Shown in pieces: positions 1 through 12,600 of a stretch of DNA of 64,000 nt. The stretch is from Chiloscyllium plagiosum (taxonomy: Eukaryota). The stretch spans positions 8,914,191-8,978,190 of the forward strand of contig NC_057750.1 in the NCBI RefSeq assembly GCF_004010195.1. Direction: 5' to 3'. Every line of letters begins with the position of its first letter. Positions within the stretch are counted from its first letter, which is position 1. The position numbers were made by a program, and so were the translations under genes. Under the pieces are notes generated by a model that searched no databases, was not told where the DNA came from, and saw only the letters and a program-made list of their open reading frames with translations.

Positions 1-78
1 CTGCCTGAACTGCTGTGCTTTTCCAGCACCACGAATCCAGAATCTGGTTTCCAGCATCTGCAGTCATTGTTTTTACCT
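1..78 (+). mobile_element. Penelope-like element terminal repeat, 3' end (cut by window edge)
   Basis: Near-identical to the PLE terminus at 51768-51845 (ctgcctgaactgctgtgc...cagcatctgcagtcattgtttttacct). Confidence 0.75.
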
Positions 79-1377
79 TAAAGAGATCAAAGTCTATGGG
101 GGTGAAAGCAGGGACAGGGACTGAGTTGGATGATGAGTCACAATCATATTGAATGGTCGAGCAGGCTCGAAGGGCCGAATGGCTTCCTGCTCCTATTTTC
201 GATGCTTTTGTGAGCATTACCAGAAAGAGCCTGCCTCCAACGTCTTCTGTGTTGCACCAGACCGCTGCAGGTAATTGTGACATAAAAGACAATGAAACAT
301 GGGGCTGGAGTGGAGGGGAGTGCCTTAACTTACTGGAGCTGCTGGGCAGCAGCCAAACCAGTGCAGAACATCAGCAGCAACCAGAGACTGGGGACAGTGA
401 GAAGCCTCAGGAGGGGACTGAGGATTGTTCACAAAACAGACTGCAGGATGACAGCTCCCCCTGCCACACCACACTCTAATTGCACCTCACTCATTTTTGA
501 GACACTGACTCATTTGGAGCATGGTACATTAATCAGATAGGTAGCTTGTAAAATATTTGATTTGTCGCTTCACTGTGTGGTCCAGATCTACACTGAACAT
601 GTCAGACATAACCCATTCCCTCAATGTCACAGGGGCAAGACTGAGATTTGCAAAAGTTATCAAATAAAGTCTAAGAATGAGTGCCACTCCTTCCCTTAAC
701 AGTCTCCACTGCCTTTAATTTTACAATTATTTCTTGCGTGGTTGAGGTCTGGGATCAAAGGTACAGCAAGGAGGATATTAGAGACAGTCTCTTTCCTGGT
801 AACATTCAAGAAAACATAGAAAGTAGGTTACAACCTTTTACTATCCTTTTAGCAGACGTGAGTATTAGTCCATCCCTAGTTGTCCTAGAGAAGGTGTTCA
901 AGCAGGAGGCTGGAAGAACACAGCAAGCCAGGCAGCATCAGGAGGTGGGAGAAGTCAACCCACCTAATGCTGCCTGGCTTGCTGTGTTCTTCCAGCCTCC
1001 TGCTTGTCAACCTTGGATCCCAGCATCTGCAGTTTTTTGTCTCGAGAGAAGGTGTTGGCAAGATGAACCACTCCAGTCCGCGTGATGTAGGAATTCCCAA
1101 AATGATGTCAGGGAGGGAGTTCCGGGATTTTGATCCAGTGACATTGAAGGAATAGCGATATATTTCCAAGTCGGGGCGGTGAGTGGAAATTTGCAGGGGA
1201 CGGCGTTCCCAATGTTTTGAAGAACAGGGAGGAAAGTGGAATTGAGGCCAGCATCAGATCAGTGATGACGTTATTCAGTAGCCCTGTGGTCTACCATTTC
1301 TCATGGTCTTTTAGCCTTAAATGGAGAAGGAAGGCTTTGGAGGGAGGAGATTTGAAGGTGCTGCTGCCAATAGTGCA

Positions 1378-1610
1378 CTGACTGACTGTGTGGAATTTGC
1401 ACATTCTCCCCGTGTCTGTGTGGGGAGCTCCGGTTTCCTCCCACAGTCCAAAAATGTGCAGATTAGGTGAATTGGCCATGCTAAATTGCCCGTAGTGTTA
1501 CGTGAAGGGGTAAATGTAGGGGAATGGGTCAGGGTGGGTTGCGCTTCAGCAGGTCAGTGTGGACTTGTTGGGCCGAAGGGCCTGTTTCCACACTAATCTA
1601 GTAATCTAGA
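1378..1610 (+). mobile_element. HE1 V-SINE, 5'-truncated
   Basis: V-domain (tgtggaatttgcacattctccccgtgtctg...ccggtttcctcccacagtccaaa), CR1-like tail, ctaatcta end. Confidence 0.8.
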
Positions 1611-1894
1611 TGGAACTGCATGTTGGAGAAGGCCAAGTCAGAGTTGGTGGAGATTTGGCGATCTGGGAGGATGAACAGGTTTATGGAGATAGAGTGACTT
1701 TGAAGGGATTTGCAAACAAGGGTGAGAACCTACAAATGGAGGCACCATTGGAAAGGGAGCGAACATTGGTCAGCAAACATCAGGATGATGGATAAATGGG
1801 AGTCATGTGACCAACAAGAACATCAAACGCACTGAGTTAATGGGAATGCACTCACCCCCAGAGTCTTCTGCTGGCCATATGACATCCTGACTTG

Positions 1895-2175
1895 GACAGA
1901 GGTTTAAGGCGAGAGGGGAAAGATTTAAAAGGGACCTGAGGGGCAACTTTTTCACACAGAGGGTGGTGCATGTAAGGAATAAACTGCTAAAGGCAGTGAT
2001 GGAGGTGGGTACAATTACAACATTAAAAGATGTTTGGAAAGGTACATGTATAGGAAAGGTTTAGAGGGCTATGGGCCAAAGCGCAGGCAAATAGGACTAG
2101 TTCAGTTTAGGAAAACTGGTTGGCATGGACGGACAAGTTGGGCCGAAAAGCCTGTTTCTGTGTTGTAAGGCTCTA
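1895..2175 (+). mobile_element. CR1 LINE 3' fragment
   Basis: Encodes the GHRFKVRGERFK..LRGNFFTQRVV-type ORF2 C-terminus, followed by the 3' UTR. Confidence 0.8.
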
Positions 2176-2249
2176 TATGGCAATGTTCCTTCACTGATTC
2201 CAGGAATTCTCTGCAGATCCCAGTTAAACCACCAACAAGGGCACACGGA

Positions 2250-2540
2250 TTACAAGTGGGTCAGAGTGGAGTTCCAGATGGAATGGGGAATATGAGAGCG
2301 GAGGGAGAGAGCGGAGTAGGAAGTGGTGTGGGAGGACCATGGAGTGGGGAATGGGAGAGTGGAGTTGGGGTATCTTAAAAGAGCAAGAGTGGGTGAAAGA
2401 AGAGGGAAATGGAAGAGGGAATTTGGAGAGCAGAGGGGAGTTGGAGACTGGAGTGGGTTGAGGGAGAGTGGGGTGGAGGGCTGAGAGCGGTGGGAAAACC
2501 GATCCTGAGGTGGGTATTTCGAACGGAGTGAGAGTAACAA
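2250..2540. repeat. Purine-rich (GGAGT/GGAAT/GGAGA) low-complexity tract
   Basis: Degenerate short G-rich units visible directly. Confidence 0.7.
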
Positions 2541-2574
2541 GGGATCCTTAGGGTCTCTTGGGTGACTCCAATGA

Positions 2575-3435
2575 CCATTAATTGCGTTCAGTTCTGGTCA
2601 CCACACTACCAGAAAGATGTGGATGTTTTGGAGAGGGTGCAGAAAAGGTTCACCAGGATGTTGCCTGGTATGGGGGATTTTATGGGCGGCATGGTGGCAC
2701 AGTGGTTAGCACTGCTGCCTCACAGCGCCAGAGACCCGGGTTCAATTCCCGCCTCAGGCGACTAACTGTGTGGAGTTTGCACGTTCTCCCCGTGTCTGCG
2801 TGGGTTTCCTCCGGGTGCTCCGGTTTCCTCCCACCATCCAAAGATGTGCAGGGTCAGGTGAATTGGCCATACTAAATTGCCTGTAGTGTTAGGTAAGGGG
2901 TAAATGTAGGGGTATGGGTGGGTTTCGCTTCGGCGGGTCGGTGTGGACTTGTTGGGCCGAAGGGCCTGTTTCCACACTGTAATCTAATCTAGTCTAAATC
3001 TAAATCTAAATCTTAACGATGAAGAAAGGTTACATGGACTGGGTTTCTTTTCACTGAAACCAGGAGGTTGAGGGGCGACCTGATAGAAGTTTATACGGTT
3101 GTGAATGGAAAGAGTGGAAAGTAAGAGACATTTTCCCAGGTTGGAGGGGTCAATTACTTAGGGACACAGGTTCAAGGTGTGGGGAGGGAAGTTTAAAAGA
3201 GAGGCATGAGGCAGGTTTTTCACACAGAGGGTGGTGAGTGCCTGAAATATGCTGCCTGAGGAGGTGGTGGAAGCAAACACAATAGCAGCATTCAAGAAGC
3301 ACCTGGACGAATGCATGAATAAGGAGGGATTAGAGGGATACGAATCCTATAAGTGAAGATAGTTTTAGTATGCAAAATGTGTCGGTGCAGGCTTGGAGGG
3401 CTGAAGGGCCTTTTCCTGTGTTGTATTGTTCTTTG
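2575..3435 (+). mobile_element. CR1 LINE 3' fragment interrupted by an HE1 SINE
   Basis: CVQFWSPHYQKDVDVLERVQKRFTRMLPG, which resumes after 3010 (aggttgaggggcgacctgatagaagtttat). Confidence 0.85.
2683..3010 (+). mobile_element. HE1 V-SINE, full length
   Basis: tRNA-like head with A box (tggcacagtgg) and B box (ggttcaattcc), V-domain, CR1-derived tail, (tctaa/tctaaa)n end. Confidence 0.9.
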
Positions 3436-3611
3436 TTCATTTGTGCCAACATGGAGTGACATCGCTGGAACCATCCACGAGAAGTGGCAGCCATCTTGGC
3501 AGTGGCGGCCTACCCACTCTGGGCAAGGCCTGCCACATTGTGGGAGCATGGTGTGAGGAGAAGGTGGCATCTCTGTCAATCAGGTGCTGTATTCTTGTCC
3601 AATCTTGCCTT

Positions 3612-3612
<1 letters not shown>

Positions 3613-3643
<31 letters not shown>
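3613..3643. repeat. (CA)n microsatellite
   Basis: Direct observation. Confidence 0.95.
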
Positions 3644-3646
<3 letters not shown>

Positions 3647-4589
3647 CCTGAGCTCACGTGCACACAACACACAATGTCTCATGGTGGCCTAAAATATTGA
3701 CAGCAAACACACAGGTGCAATCCTGGTGGGACTGGTTTGTAAACATCTCATTCTTCCCGGGAAATTACTATTTTAGGGACACTGCGGTTTGTATTTTAAA
3801 GGGCTAGGCCTGTTATTTTCTGTCTGGGTTTTTTTTTCTTGTTGCTAATGTTTCACGACTCATTCTTGTTCATGAGTGAACTGCCAGCAATAAGGAGTGA
3901 GTGGGGTAGGGCGAGGGGTGCTGTTGGGGAGATCCATGTGGTGCTGAAAGACACGCTACAACAACAACTTTGCTTTTATCCATAACCCCTTTAGCTCTGT
4001 AAAATTCCCAGGGCACTTTGCCGGAAATGATCGGGCTCAGTACTGATACTGAGCCACATAATGGGGGACTAAGGATGGGTGATCCAAATTGGTTCGCAGT
4101 GTTGGTTTATAAGGAGCTTCTTAAAGGAGGGAGAGATAGAGATGTATTGGAGATGTTAAGAGACAGAATTCCCATGTTTAGGGCCCAGGCCATTGAAGAC
4201 ACAGTCTCTAATGGAGGGACAGTGAAAATGGAAGATGCTCCCAAGGCCAGAGTTAGAGGAATCCTGTCTAAGGGAGAGTTACTCTTTCCCTAATGTCCAG
4301 GATGTGGAGGTGCCGGTGTTGGACTGGGATGGACAAAGTTAAAAATCACACAACACCAGGTTATAGTCCAGCAGGTTTATTTGGAAGCTCCGAAAGACAG
4401 TCATGTGTCCAGCGTAGCTCAACATCTTCTCATTGTTCAATGGTGGGACCTTCACGCACTGGAAAGCCTTCAAACAGTCAGAAAGATTCACTTGTATTCA
4501 GCAACAGTGAAAGTGAAGAAGAAACAGACAAACAAAGTTTACCCCCTGGGAACAGACTGGAACTGCTTACCTTTAAAACATTAACAAAT

Positions 4590-5432
4590 TTGATTTGATT
4601 TGATTTTGCTTTGATTTGATTGTCCAGTGTACCTAGGTATAGCGAAAAGTTGTGTTTTGTGTGCAGTACAGGCAGAGATCATATGATACGAAGTGCATTA
4701 GGTCATAGAACAGAGCAAGGAATACAGTGTTACAGCTGCAGAGGAGGGTACGAAGAGCAAGATCAACATTAAACAAAAAATCTGAAAGATCCATTCAGAA
4801 GTCTGATAATAGTGGGGAAGAAGCTGTTCTTGAATCTGTTAGTACGTATGTTTAAGTTTTTGTATCTTTTGCCTGACGGAAGAGATTATAACTGGGAGGT
4901 GGGAGGGAGTCTTTGATGATGCTGGCTGCCTTTCCAAAGCAGCAAGAAGTGTATGTGGAGTCAGTGGATGGAAAAATCGTAGAATCCTTCCAGCATGGAA
5001 GCAGGCCATTCAGCCCATCAAGTCCAGACAGATCCTCCCAAGAGCAACCCACCCAGACCAAACCCCTACCCTGTCCCTGCACTTCCCATGGCTAATCCAG
5101 CTAGCCTGCTTATCCGTAGACACTATCAGGTAATTTAGCATGGCCAATCCACATTAACCCACATATCTTTGGATTGTGGGAGGAAACCCATGCAGACACA
5201 GGGAGAATGTGCAAACTCCACACAGACAGTCACCTGAGGGTGGAATTGAACCCTGCTGGAAGGCAGCAGTGCTATCCACTGAGCTACCATACCACCACTT
5301 GGGTTAGCTTGTGTGATGGATTGGGCTGTGGTCACAACTCTGCAGTTTCTTACGGTCCTGGACAGAGCAGTTGTCATAGCAAGCTGTGATGCATACAGAT
5401 AGAATGCTTTCTGTGATGCATCTGTAAAAATT
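4590..5432 (-). mobile_element. Rex1/Babar-type LINE 3' fragment interrupted by an HE1 SINE (4980-5297, minus)
   Basis: Minus strand NFYRCITESILSVCITACYDNCSVQDRKKLQ, and acagcttcttccccact..cagacttctgaatgg near the 3' end; (tcaaa)n tail. Confidence 0.7.
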
Positions 5433-5544
5433 GAGAGTTTTTAATCTATTGAAGGCAAAGATGGGTAGAGTTTTTAACATTAAATGAATTAAGGGTTATG
5501 GTGGGCAGGTGGGAAAACGGAACTGAGTCCATGAAAAGATCTTA

Positions 5545-5878
5545 GATTTGGTTCGATTCCCTACAGTGTGGAAATAGGCTCTTCGGCCCAACAACTCCAC
5601 ACTGACCCTCTGAAGGATAACCCACCCAGACCCATTCCCCTACCCTATAGTTACCCCTGACTAACGCTACTAACGCTATGGGCAATTTAGCATGGCCAAT
5701 TCACCTGACCTGCACATCTTTGGACTGTGGGAGGAAACCGGAGCACCCAGAGGAAACCCATGCAGACACGGGGAGAATGTGCAAACTCCACACTGACAGT
5801 TGCCAGAGGGTGGAATCGAACCAGGGTCCCTGGCGGTGTGAGGCAGCAGGGCTAACCACTGACCCACCGTGCCACCCC
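5545..5878 (-). mobile_element. HE1 V-SINE, full length
   Basis: Reverse complement of the 2683-3010 pattern. Confidence 0.85.
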
Positions 5879-6009
5879 CCTGGTTATATGAATGGTGGAG
5901 CAGACTCGAAGGGCCAGACAGCCTACTCCTACACCTAGTTCTTATGATCTTTACAGACATGCCAAAATTTACAGTCAATAAGTGGTCACTGCTGACAGCC
6001 CTAACCTTC

Positions 6010-7190
6010 TGGGATGACAACTGGGTGTCGATTAAGTCCCGTCCGTCTCATTGCATCTGACACGGCCAGGTGCGATCAAGTAGAAGGTGACATTGCTCTT
6101 GCTCAATGTTCTTGGAAGATTGCTCCCGCTCTCCCAGCTCTCCTGTGTCTAGCAAACCCTCTCTTTGCTCGCTCCACTTCCACAGTGTACCTGGATTGTG
6201 TGGCACACTCTGTCGGGAGTGGACTGCATTGCCCCATCACGGGTATGCCCAAAGCTTGGAGCCTCCCCCTTTTGGCTGATCATCATCTCTGCTGTGACCC
6301 TCGGCATTGTACCCCTTCCTGGCCTGAGGTCAGGGTAGGTGGAGGGGAGGGGCGTGCAGCGGAGACACAGAGGGTAGCCTTTGTCTCTCAGCAGGCAGCC
6401 GTGGCAGGGCATCCAGCCCTTGTCGCAACGGAGTGAACGTGAGAGTTCTCCAGGGTATATGCGTCATGGCAGCCAGGAGAAAGGGAGGACCGCAGATGCT
6501 GGAGAGGCAGAGTCGGTAAAGTGTGGTACTGGAAAAACCGCAGCAGGTCAGGTGGCATCCGAGGAGCAAGTGGGTCGCGTTTGGGCCAGGACCCTTCTTC
6601 AGGACCTCTCCAGGCAGCTGCCTGGGTGATGCCTGATGCCAACTTTGAAGACACTGCTGACCACAGCTGATTTGGAGACAGTAAGGACAGTGCGGGAAGT
6701 CTGAGTCGATAAATGTGAAGCTGGAAAAGCACAGCAGGTCAGAATTGGCCTGAAACGTTGACTTTCCTGCTCCTCGGATGCCATCTGACCTGCTGTGCTT
6801 TTCCAGCTTCACATATTTTGATGACGATCACAGATGACTTGCGCATTGATGGAATGAAATCCATTTCTGTCCATGAAGCCAATATGATGTTCTTGGTGTG
6901 CCATGTGTACGATCCAGAGTGCGCTGTACCTGAGAGAAGCCAGTCCTGTTGGCAAAGCCTCCTAACCGGGTAGTGGCACTGCCCCTCCCCCACCGTCCCA
7001 GGGAGCTGAGATGGGGTGGTGTAATCTGCCCCAAACCGTGTCCGTGCCAGTCTCAGGGATCGACTGATCCCCATGCCGTGGCTCCTAGGAAACAGCTGCT
7101 TGCAGAAACGCGAGCCCAGCTCCACCTCAAACAGGCACTGGCAACGGGCTCCTCCACATCACGAGTCCTGCTCTGGCTGCCATTTTGTGC
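6010..7190 (-). mobile_element. Probable decayed L1/Tx1-type LINE 3' region, interrupted by short PLE termini (about 6480-6605 and 6705-6820)
   Basis: Frameshifted minus-strand peptides loosely resembling Tx1 ORF2 C-terminal regions; family assignment is tentative. Confidence 0.35.
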
Positions 7191-8564
7191 TCATTAAAAA
7201 AACGAGTCATTTGGTTTAACTAAAGCCCTTCTGGGAGGTAAATCTGCCGTCTGATTCCAGACCTTCGGCGATTTTGTGTTTTTTACGACTCTAAAACTAC
7301 CCTCTGAGCTAGCCTGACAGGTGACTCGGTCCAAAGGGCACTTAGGGACGGGCAGCAAATAGAACCACGGAATCCCTACAGTGTGGAAGCTGGCCATTCT
7401 GCCCATCAAGTCCACACTGACCCCCCCATACAGCATCCCACCCAGACTCACTTCCCTCAGCTATCCCTGTAGCCTTGCATTCCCTATGGCTAATCCACTT
7501 AGCCTGCACCCTCCCCCCTGGATACTAGGGGCAATTTAGCATGGCCATTCAGCCCTAACCTGCACATCTTAGGAGTCAATGTCTTGTGAAATAATTATAA
7601 CATTTATCATCTTGTTGTTTGTGTGAGATTCCTGTGCTCAGATTGGCTGCATAGTTTCCTGTATTGGAACAGTTACATTTCTTAATTTTGAAATACTGTA
7701 CAATAATCACTGCAATGTTTAACTTTTAACGTCATTCTTTCTTTTTATCTTGTTCTTAAGATTCTGTCCCTATGTTCTTTTACCTACGATGATGCCTTCT
7801 GTGGTGACATTTTACACTTTTCACTATACTCCTGTACTTTTGTACTTGAGTACATACGACAATAAAATCTAAAATCAAATCAAAATCACTTTGTAAAAAG
7901 TGTTGCACTGTGTTTGCAGACCGAGATGCTAAACTGATGGCTGACACCATTTTAAGGCCAATACGGTTCTGAAATGTTAACGCAATAAACAGAATCTGTC
8001 CTCAAAACTCAGGATGATCGGTCTGAAAAAGGACAAAAACATTTCCTTTTGGTGAGCTTTTAAAGGATTTAGACCAGCCCCAGGCCTCAGAACGAGGGGG
8101 GATGAGATGAAAGTTGACTGCGGCCTAGGTGGCCTCCATAGAAATCTTAAGCCTTCCTTTCCTCTTTCACTGAGCAGACAGGATTACAAACAAAGGTTGG
8201 CAGCCTTGGCCGAATTTTACATAGAGGCCCGAGGCTGCGGCAAAGAGTTTACTGTTTGCAAATTGGAGAGCAATTTTCCATCCCCTACACCACCCTGCCG
8301 CCCCCCCAACAAAAGGGCGAGACCCAGGATACAGGTGATGTAATCTTTCTGACATGTGGAAATGCAAAATGCCAATTTATTCTCTCAGCCTCAGGAGGTT
8401 GCCGAATGAAACTTTCATCACAGGATCCCTTCACTTTATAATTTCACCTCATCAAGTTAAACATTCCTAATGTGTCCTTATGTGGCTCAGATCTTGTTTG
8501 GTTACAATCCTGTGAATTTCCATTTGGGACGTTTTATGAAAAAGACACCAAGTTGGGAGTTGTT

Positions 8565-8905
8565 AATCTAGCAGTATTATTACTGGGCTGGTAATCCAGA
8601 GACCCTGGTAATGTTCTAGGGATACGGGTTTGAATCCCACTAGGGCAGATGGTGGAATTTGAATTCAATAAATATCTGAAATGAACGAGTCAAATGATAA
8701 CCATGAAACCATTGCCAAAAACAAACCCATCTGGTTCACTGTTGCCCTTCTGGCAAGGAAATTGCCATCCTTACTTGTTTGACCTACATGTGACTCCAGA
8801 CCCACAGTGATGTGATTGACTCTTAACTGCCCTCTGGGCTATTAGGAATGGGCAATAAATACTGTCCTACCCAGGGACACCCACATCCTGTGAATGAATA
8901 GAAAA
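8565..8905 (+). mobile_element. tRNA-derived SINE, second family (here family B)
   Basis: B-box-like gggtttgaatccc; tail aggaatgggcaataaat...cccacatcctgtgaatgaata is shared with a LINE 3' end (58740-59275); related copies at 17345, 23825, 26720, 36890, 61170 and 63060. Confidence 0.75.
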
Positions 8906-10259
8906 ATTTCTCAAGAGAAGGGATCCTTTCTGAATTAACCTGCTGCAACCGGTTGAGGGGTTGTGTGACTAACAAAGAAGGTGGGGCAGGGTGCCAGTTT
9001 GTCCCTCCTCATCTGGGACTTAATGACCTGGGGTATCCCTTCCGGAAATGTTAAAAATCAAGGATGTTTCCTGGTAGATGTCCTTCTCCCAGACCCAAAT
9101 TGACAGCAGATTTCCTCTCGCATGGGGCATTACTGAATCAGTGGGGGTTTTTATGACAATTGACAGCAGTTTCCTGGTCACCTTTAGGCTAACTCTCTAT
9201 TCCAGGATTTTATTGTATTTATTGAATCAGACCATGTGGCAGAGCTTACAGAAAGACTGTAATACCTATCTTTTTCGCTTTATTTCTTAATTTTCCTAGC
9301 TTGTACTAAGTATATTTGTAATGTAGTTCACTTACTTCTTTATTTTCTCTATTTTTTGTACCTAATATTGTAGCCAAGTATTGTACCTAATATTGTACTA
9401 TTGTACCTAAGTACTTTGTACCTAAGGTGGCGCTATGTGTTGCTGGCAATGTACATTTCTCACTGTACTCCTGTTCTTTTGTAACTTGAGTAGACATGAC
9501 AATAAACCTAATTCTAATTCTAAAATGTCATCACCCACTTCCCTAGAATACTGACGGGATGTTCTGGATTACTAATCCATTATGCCATCATCTCCCCCAT
9601 TCCTCAATACCACTGTTGAACAAAAATTGACATATATGATTAAAATTAAGAAATGATTGAGCAAAATTGCCATTAACTGGGGAATTGTTTAACTTGATTG
9701 CCCTTGTGCGTAAAAATATTTTTTAAATTGTCCTCAAAGGCCGGTTATAATCAGCCTGGCCTTGGAAACAGTAGAAGCAATTTCCCTCCTCATTAGTATC
9801 CCTGAATATCTTGAAAACTTGAAAGTCACTGCCCTTACAGAGAAGCAGGAAGGAGTTAAAAGTCTGCGGCCTATCCTGTTGTGTGCAATTGAACAACACA
9901 CCAGGCGATGCATTGGCCTGAAGGTACCGATTAATGCAAGTCTCTTTTAATTAAGTAACACAAAATAGTTTCAATCACCTTCATGCCCCAGCCCATGACA
10001 AATCGAGCTGGGAAAATGTGGGAAAAACCCAGTCAGGCAAAAGTGCTAATGACCTCTCGGGGTCCTTCATTGTTTCCATGACACCTTGCTGGCATGGTTA
10101 CGGAATAGTGTTAACCACAGCGACTCCTTCCATTGTAAATTCATGGCATGAGTGCTAAGCCACAGGGTTTATGTATAATTGAGCTGAACGGTGGGGGCTG
10201 AGATTGAAACTGTCCTGTCAACTCTCACTGTGAATGATGAGCCACCACCTTTTTTTCTC

Positions 10260-10790
10260 ATATACTTGCAGGGGATGTGGGCGTCATTGACTGTGTCAGT
10301 ATTTATCGCCTAATCCCTAATTGTCCCTTGAGTAGGTGGTCGTGAGCTGCCTTCTTGAACCACTATGGTCCATGTGGTACAGGCAGACCCACAATGCCAT
10401 TAGGGAGTGAGGTTGACCCAACAACACTGAAGGAACAGCAACATATTTCTGAGTCTGCGTGGTGAATGGCTTGGAGAGGAACTTGTGATGGTGCTCCATT
10501 GTATCTGCTGCCCTTGTCCTTCTCTGTGACAGAGGTCATAGGTTTGCAAGGTGATGATGAAGGAGCCTTGGGGAGTTGCTGCAGTGCATCCCGTAGACAT
10601 TACACACTGCTGCTACTCAGCGTTGGTGGTGGAGGGAGGAGATGTTTGTGCCAATCAAGCGGATGCTAGATGCTGTCGAGCTTCTCGAGTGTTGTTGGAG
10701 CTGTCCCCATCCAGGGGCAAGTGGGGAATATTCCATCACACTCCTGACTTGTGCCTTGTAGATGGTGGGCAGACTTTGTGGTTGTACCTG
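10260..10790 (-). mobile_element. CR1/L2-group LINE 3' fragment (partner of SINE family B)
   Basis: Minus-strand TIYKAQVRSVMEYSPLA; same family as 58740-59275. Confidence 0.75.
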
Positions 10791-11629
10791 TCCCAGGAAC
10801 GTTTGATAGGGTAGAGGAACCCCGGACTGGGAATGTTCAACGTTGAGGGAAGGTATCTGAAAAGTCTCACACTCCCAACCCAAACTATGGTTGCTTCATT
10901 GATTTGCATGCTGAGGGTATTTAGGCAAACTAACCTGCACCAAGGAGGGGTATGGGTGTAAATTAAGCCACACAAGAGAGTCATAAAGTCATACAGCAAG
11001 AACCAGACTCTTCGGTCCAACACATCCGTACCGAGCTGATATCCCAATCTGATCTAGTCCCATTTGCCAGCACTTGGCCATATCCCTCTAAACCCTTCCT
11101 ATTCACGTACCCCTGCAGATACCTTCACCACGAATACTAGCAGCTCATTCCATACATGCACCACCCAGAGCTGAGGAAGGATCACCAGACCCAAAACTTT
11201 AACTCTCATTTCACTTCGCAGGTGCTGGCCAGACCTACTAAGCTTTTCCAGCAACTTCTGTTTTTGTATCTGATTTACCACACCCACAGTTCTTTCGGTT
11301 TTCACAAAGGTGTTGCCTGCACAGGAGGGGTTTGACTCAAAAGGAGAGACAGAACAGGCTGGGGCTTTTCTTCCCTGGAGCGGCAGAGGCTGAGGGGTGA
11401 CCTTATAGAGGTTTCTAAAATCACGAGGGGCATGGAGAGAGTGAATGAAGAGAGGTGGGGCAGTCCAAAACTGGAGGGCATAGGTTAAAGGTGAGAGGGG
11501 AAAGATTTTAAAAGGACCTGAGGGGCAATTTTTACACAACCTGAAGGGCCACGCCCGAAATGTTGACTCTTCTGCTCCTCGGATGCTGCCTGACCTGCTG
11601 TGCTTTTCCAGTGTCACACATTTTGACTA

Positions 11630-11790
11630 CCGTCTTCTTCACTGTCCACCGATTTTGCTGTCATCTGCAAACTTACTCCCATCTGTCTCCCATGTTCTCA
11701 TCCAAATCATTTACGTAAATGACGAAAAGCAGTGGACCCAGCACCGATCCCTGTGGAACGCCGTTGGTCACAGGCCTACAGTCTGAATAA
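11630..11790 (-). mobile_element. CR1 reverse transcriptase fragment
   Basis: [24 protein letters not shown] (RT motif region). Confidence 0.85.
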
Positions 11791-12039
11791 GAACCCCCAA
11801 CACTTTCAAACAAAGAATGGAAACAAAAGAATTGTGAAGAACATCCTCTGAAACCACCTCCGTCAGCCATTCCTGGGGCAGGGTCAGCACGGGTAAAACA
11901 CTGAGTAATGTTTCCTCTCCCCTATCTAAACAGAAGGGAAAGCTACCTCGACTTTCAAAACTAAACAAAAATATCTTCAAAACTGGAGGAGTTGAAGAGG
12001 GAGAGCAGGAGTCTCGGTGAAGCATAAACAGAGGCCCAT

Positions 12040-12600
12040 GTGAGTCGAAAAGTGTGGTGCTGGTAAAGCACAGCCAGTCAGGCAGCATCCGAGGAGCAGG
12101 AGAGTTGACGTTTCAAGCAAAGGTCCTCATCAGGAATGAGGGGGTGGTCCAAGGGGCCTGAGAGAGAAATGGGAGGGAGGGGAGGTAGCCGGGTATGCGA
12201 TAGGTAGATGAAGGTGGTGATTGATAGTGATAGGTCAGTGGGGAGGGTGGAGCGTATAGGTAGAAAGGAAGGTGGGGACAGGTAGGACAGTTCAAGAGGG
12301 CGGTGCCTTGTTGGAAGGTTGGATCTGGGATAAGGTGGGGGGAGGGGAAATGGGGAAACTGGTGAAATCCACATTGATCCCATGTGGTTGGAGGGTCCCA
12401 AGGTGAAAAATGAGGCGTTCTTCCTCCAGGAGTCAGATGGCGGTGGAGGAGGCCCAGGACTTGCACGTCCTTGGTTGAGTGAGAGGGGCAGTTAAAGTGT
12501 TGGGCCACAGGGTGGTGGGGTTGTTTAGTGTGTATGTGTGTCCCAGAGATGTTCTCTGAAACATTACACAAGTTGGTGTCCTATCTCCCTAATGTAGAGA
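12040..12600 (-). mobile_element. Penelope-like element 3' part (GIY-YIG C-terminus plus terminal repeat)
   Basis: Minus strand LYIREIGHQLV*CFREHLWD, then PVAQHFNCPSHSTKDVQVLGL; degenerate hammerhead near 12105-12135. Confidence 0.8.

Noticed and set aside
153..1169. ORFs 153-479 and 681-1085 as host genes
   Set aside because: Assembled from CR1, PLE and LINE remnants plus unrecognised sequence; no domain or exon structure is evident.
2683..2760. tRNA gene calls at HE1 heads
   Set aside because: A and B boxes are present but each continues into the SINE V-domain and tail; these are SINE heads.
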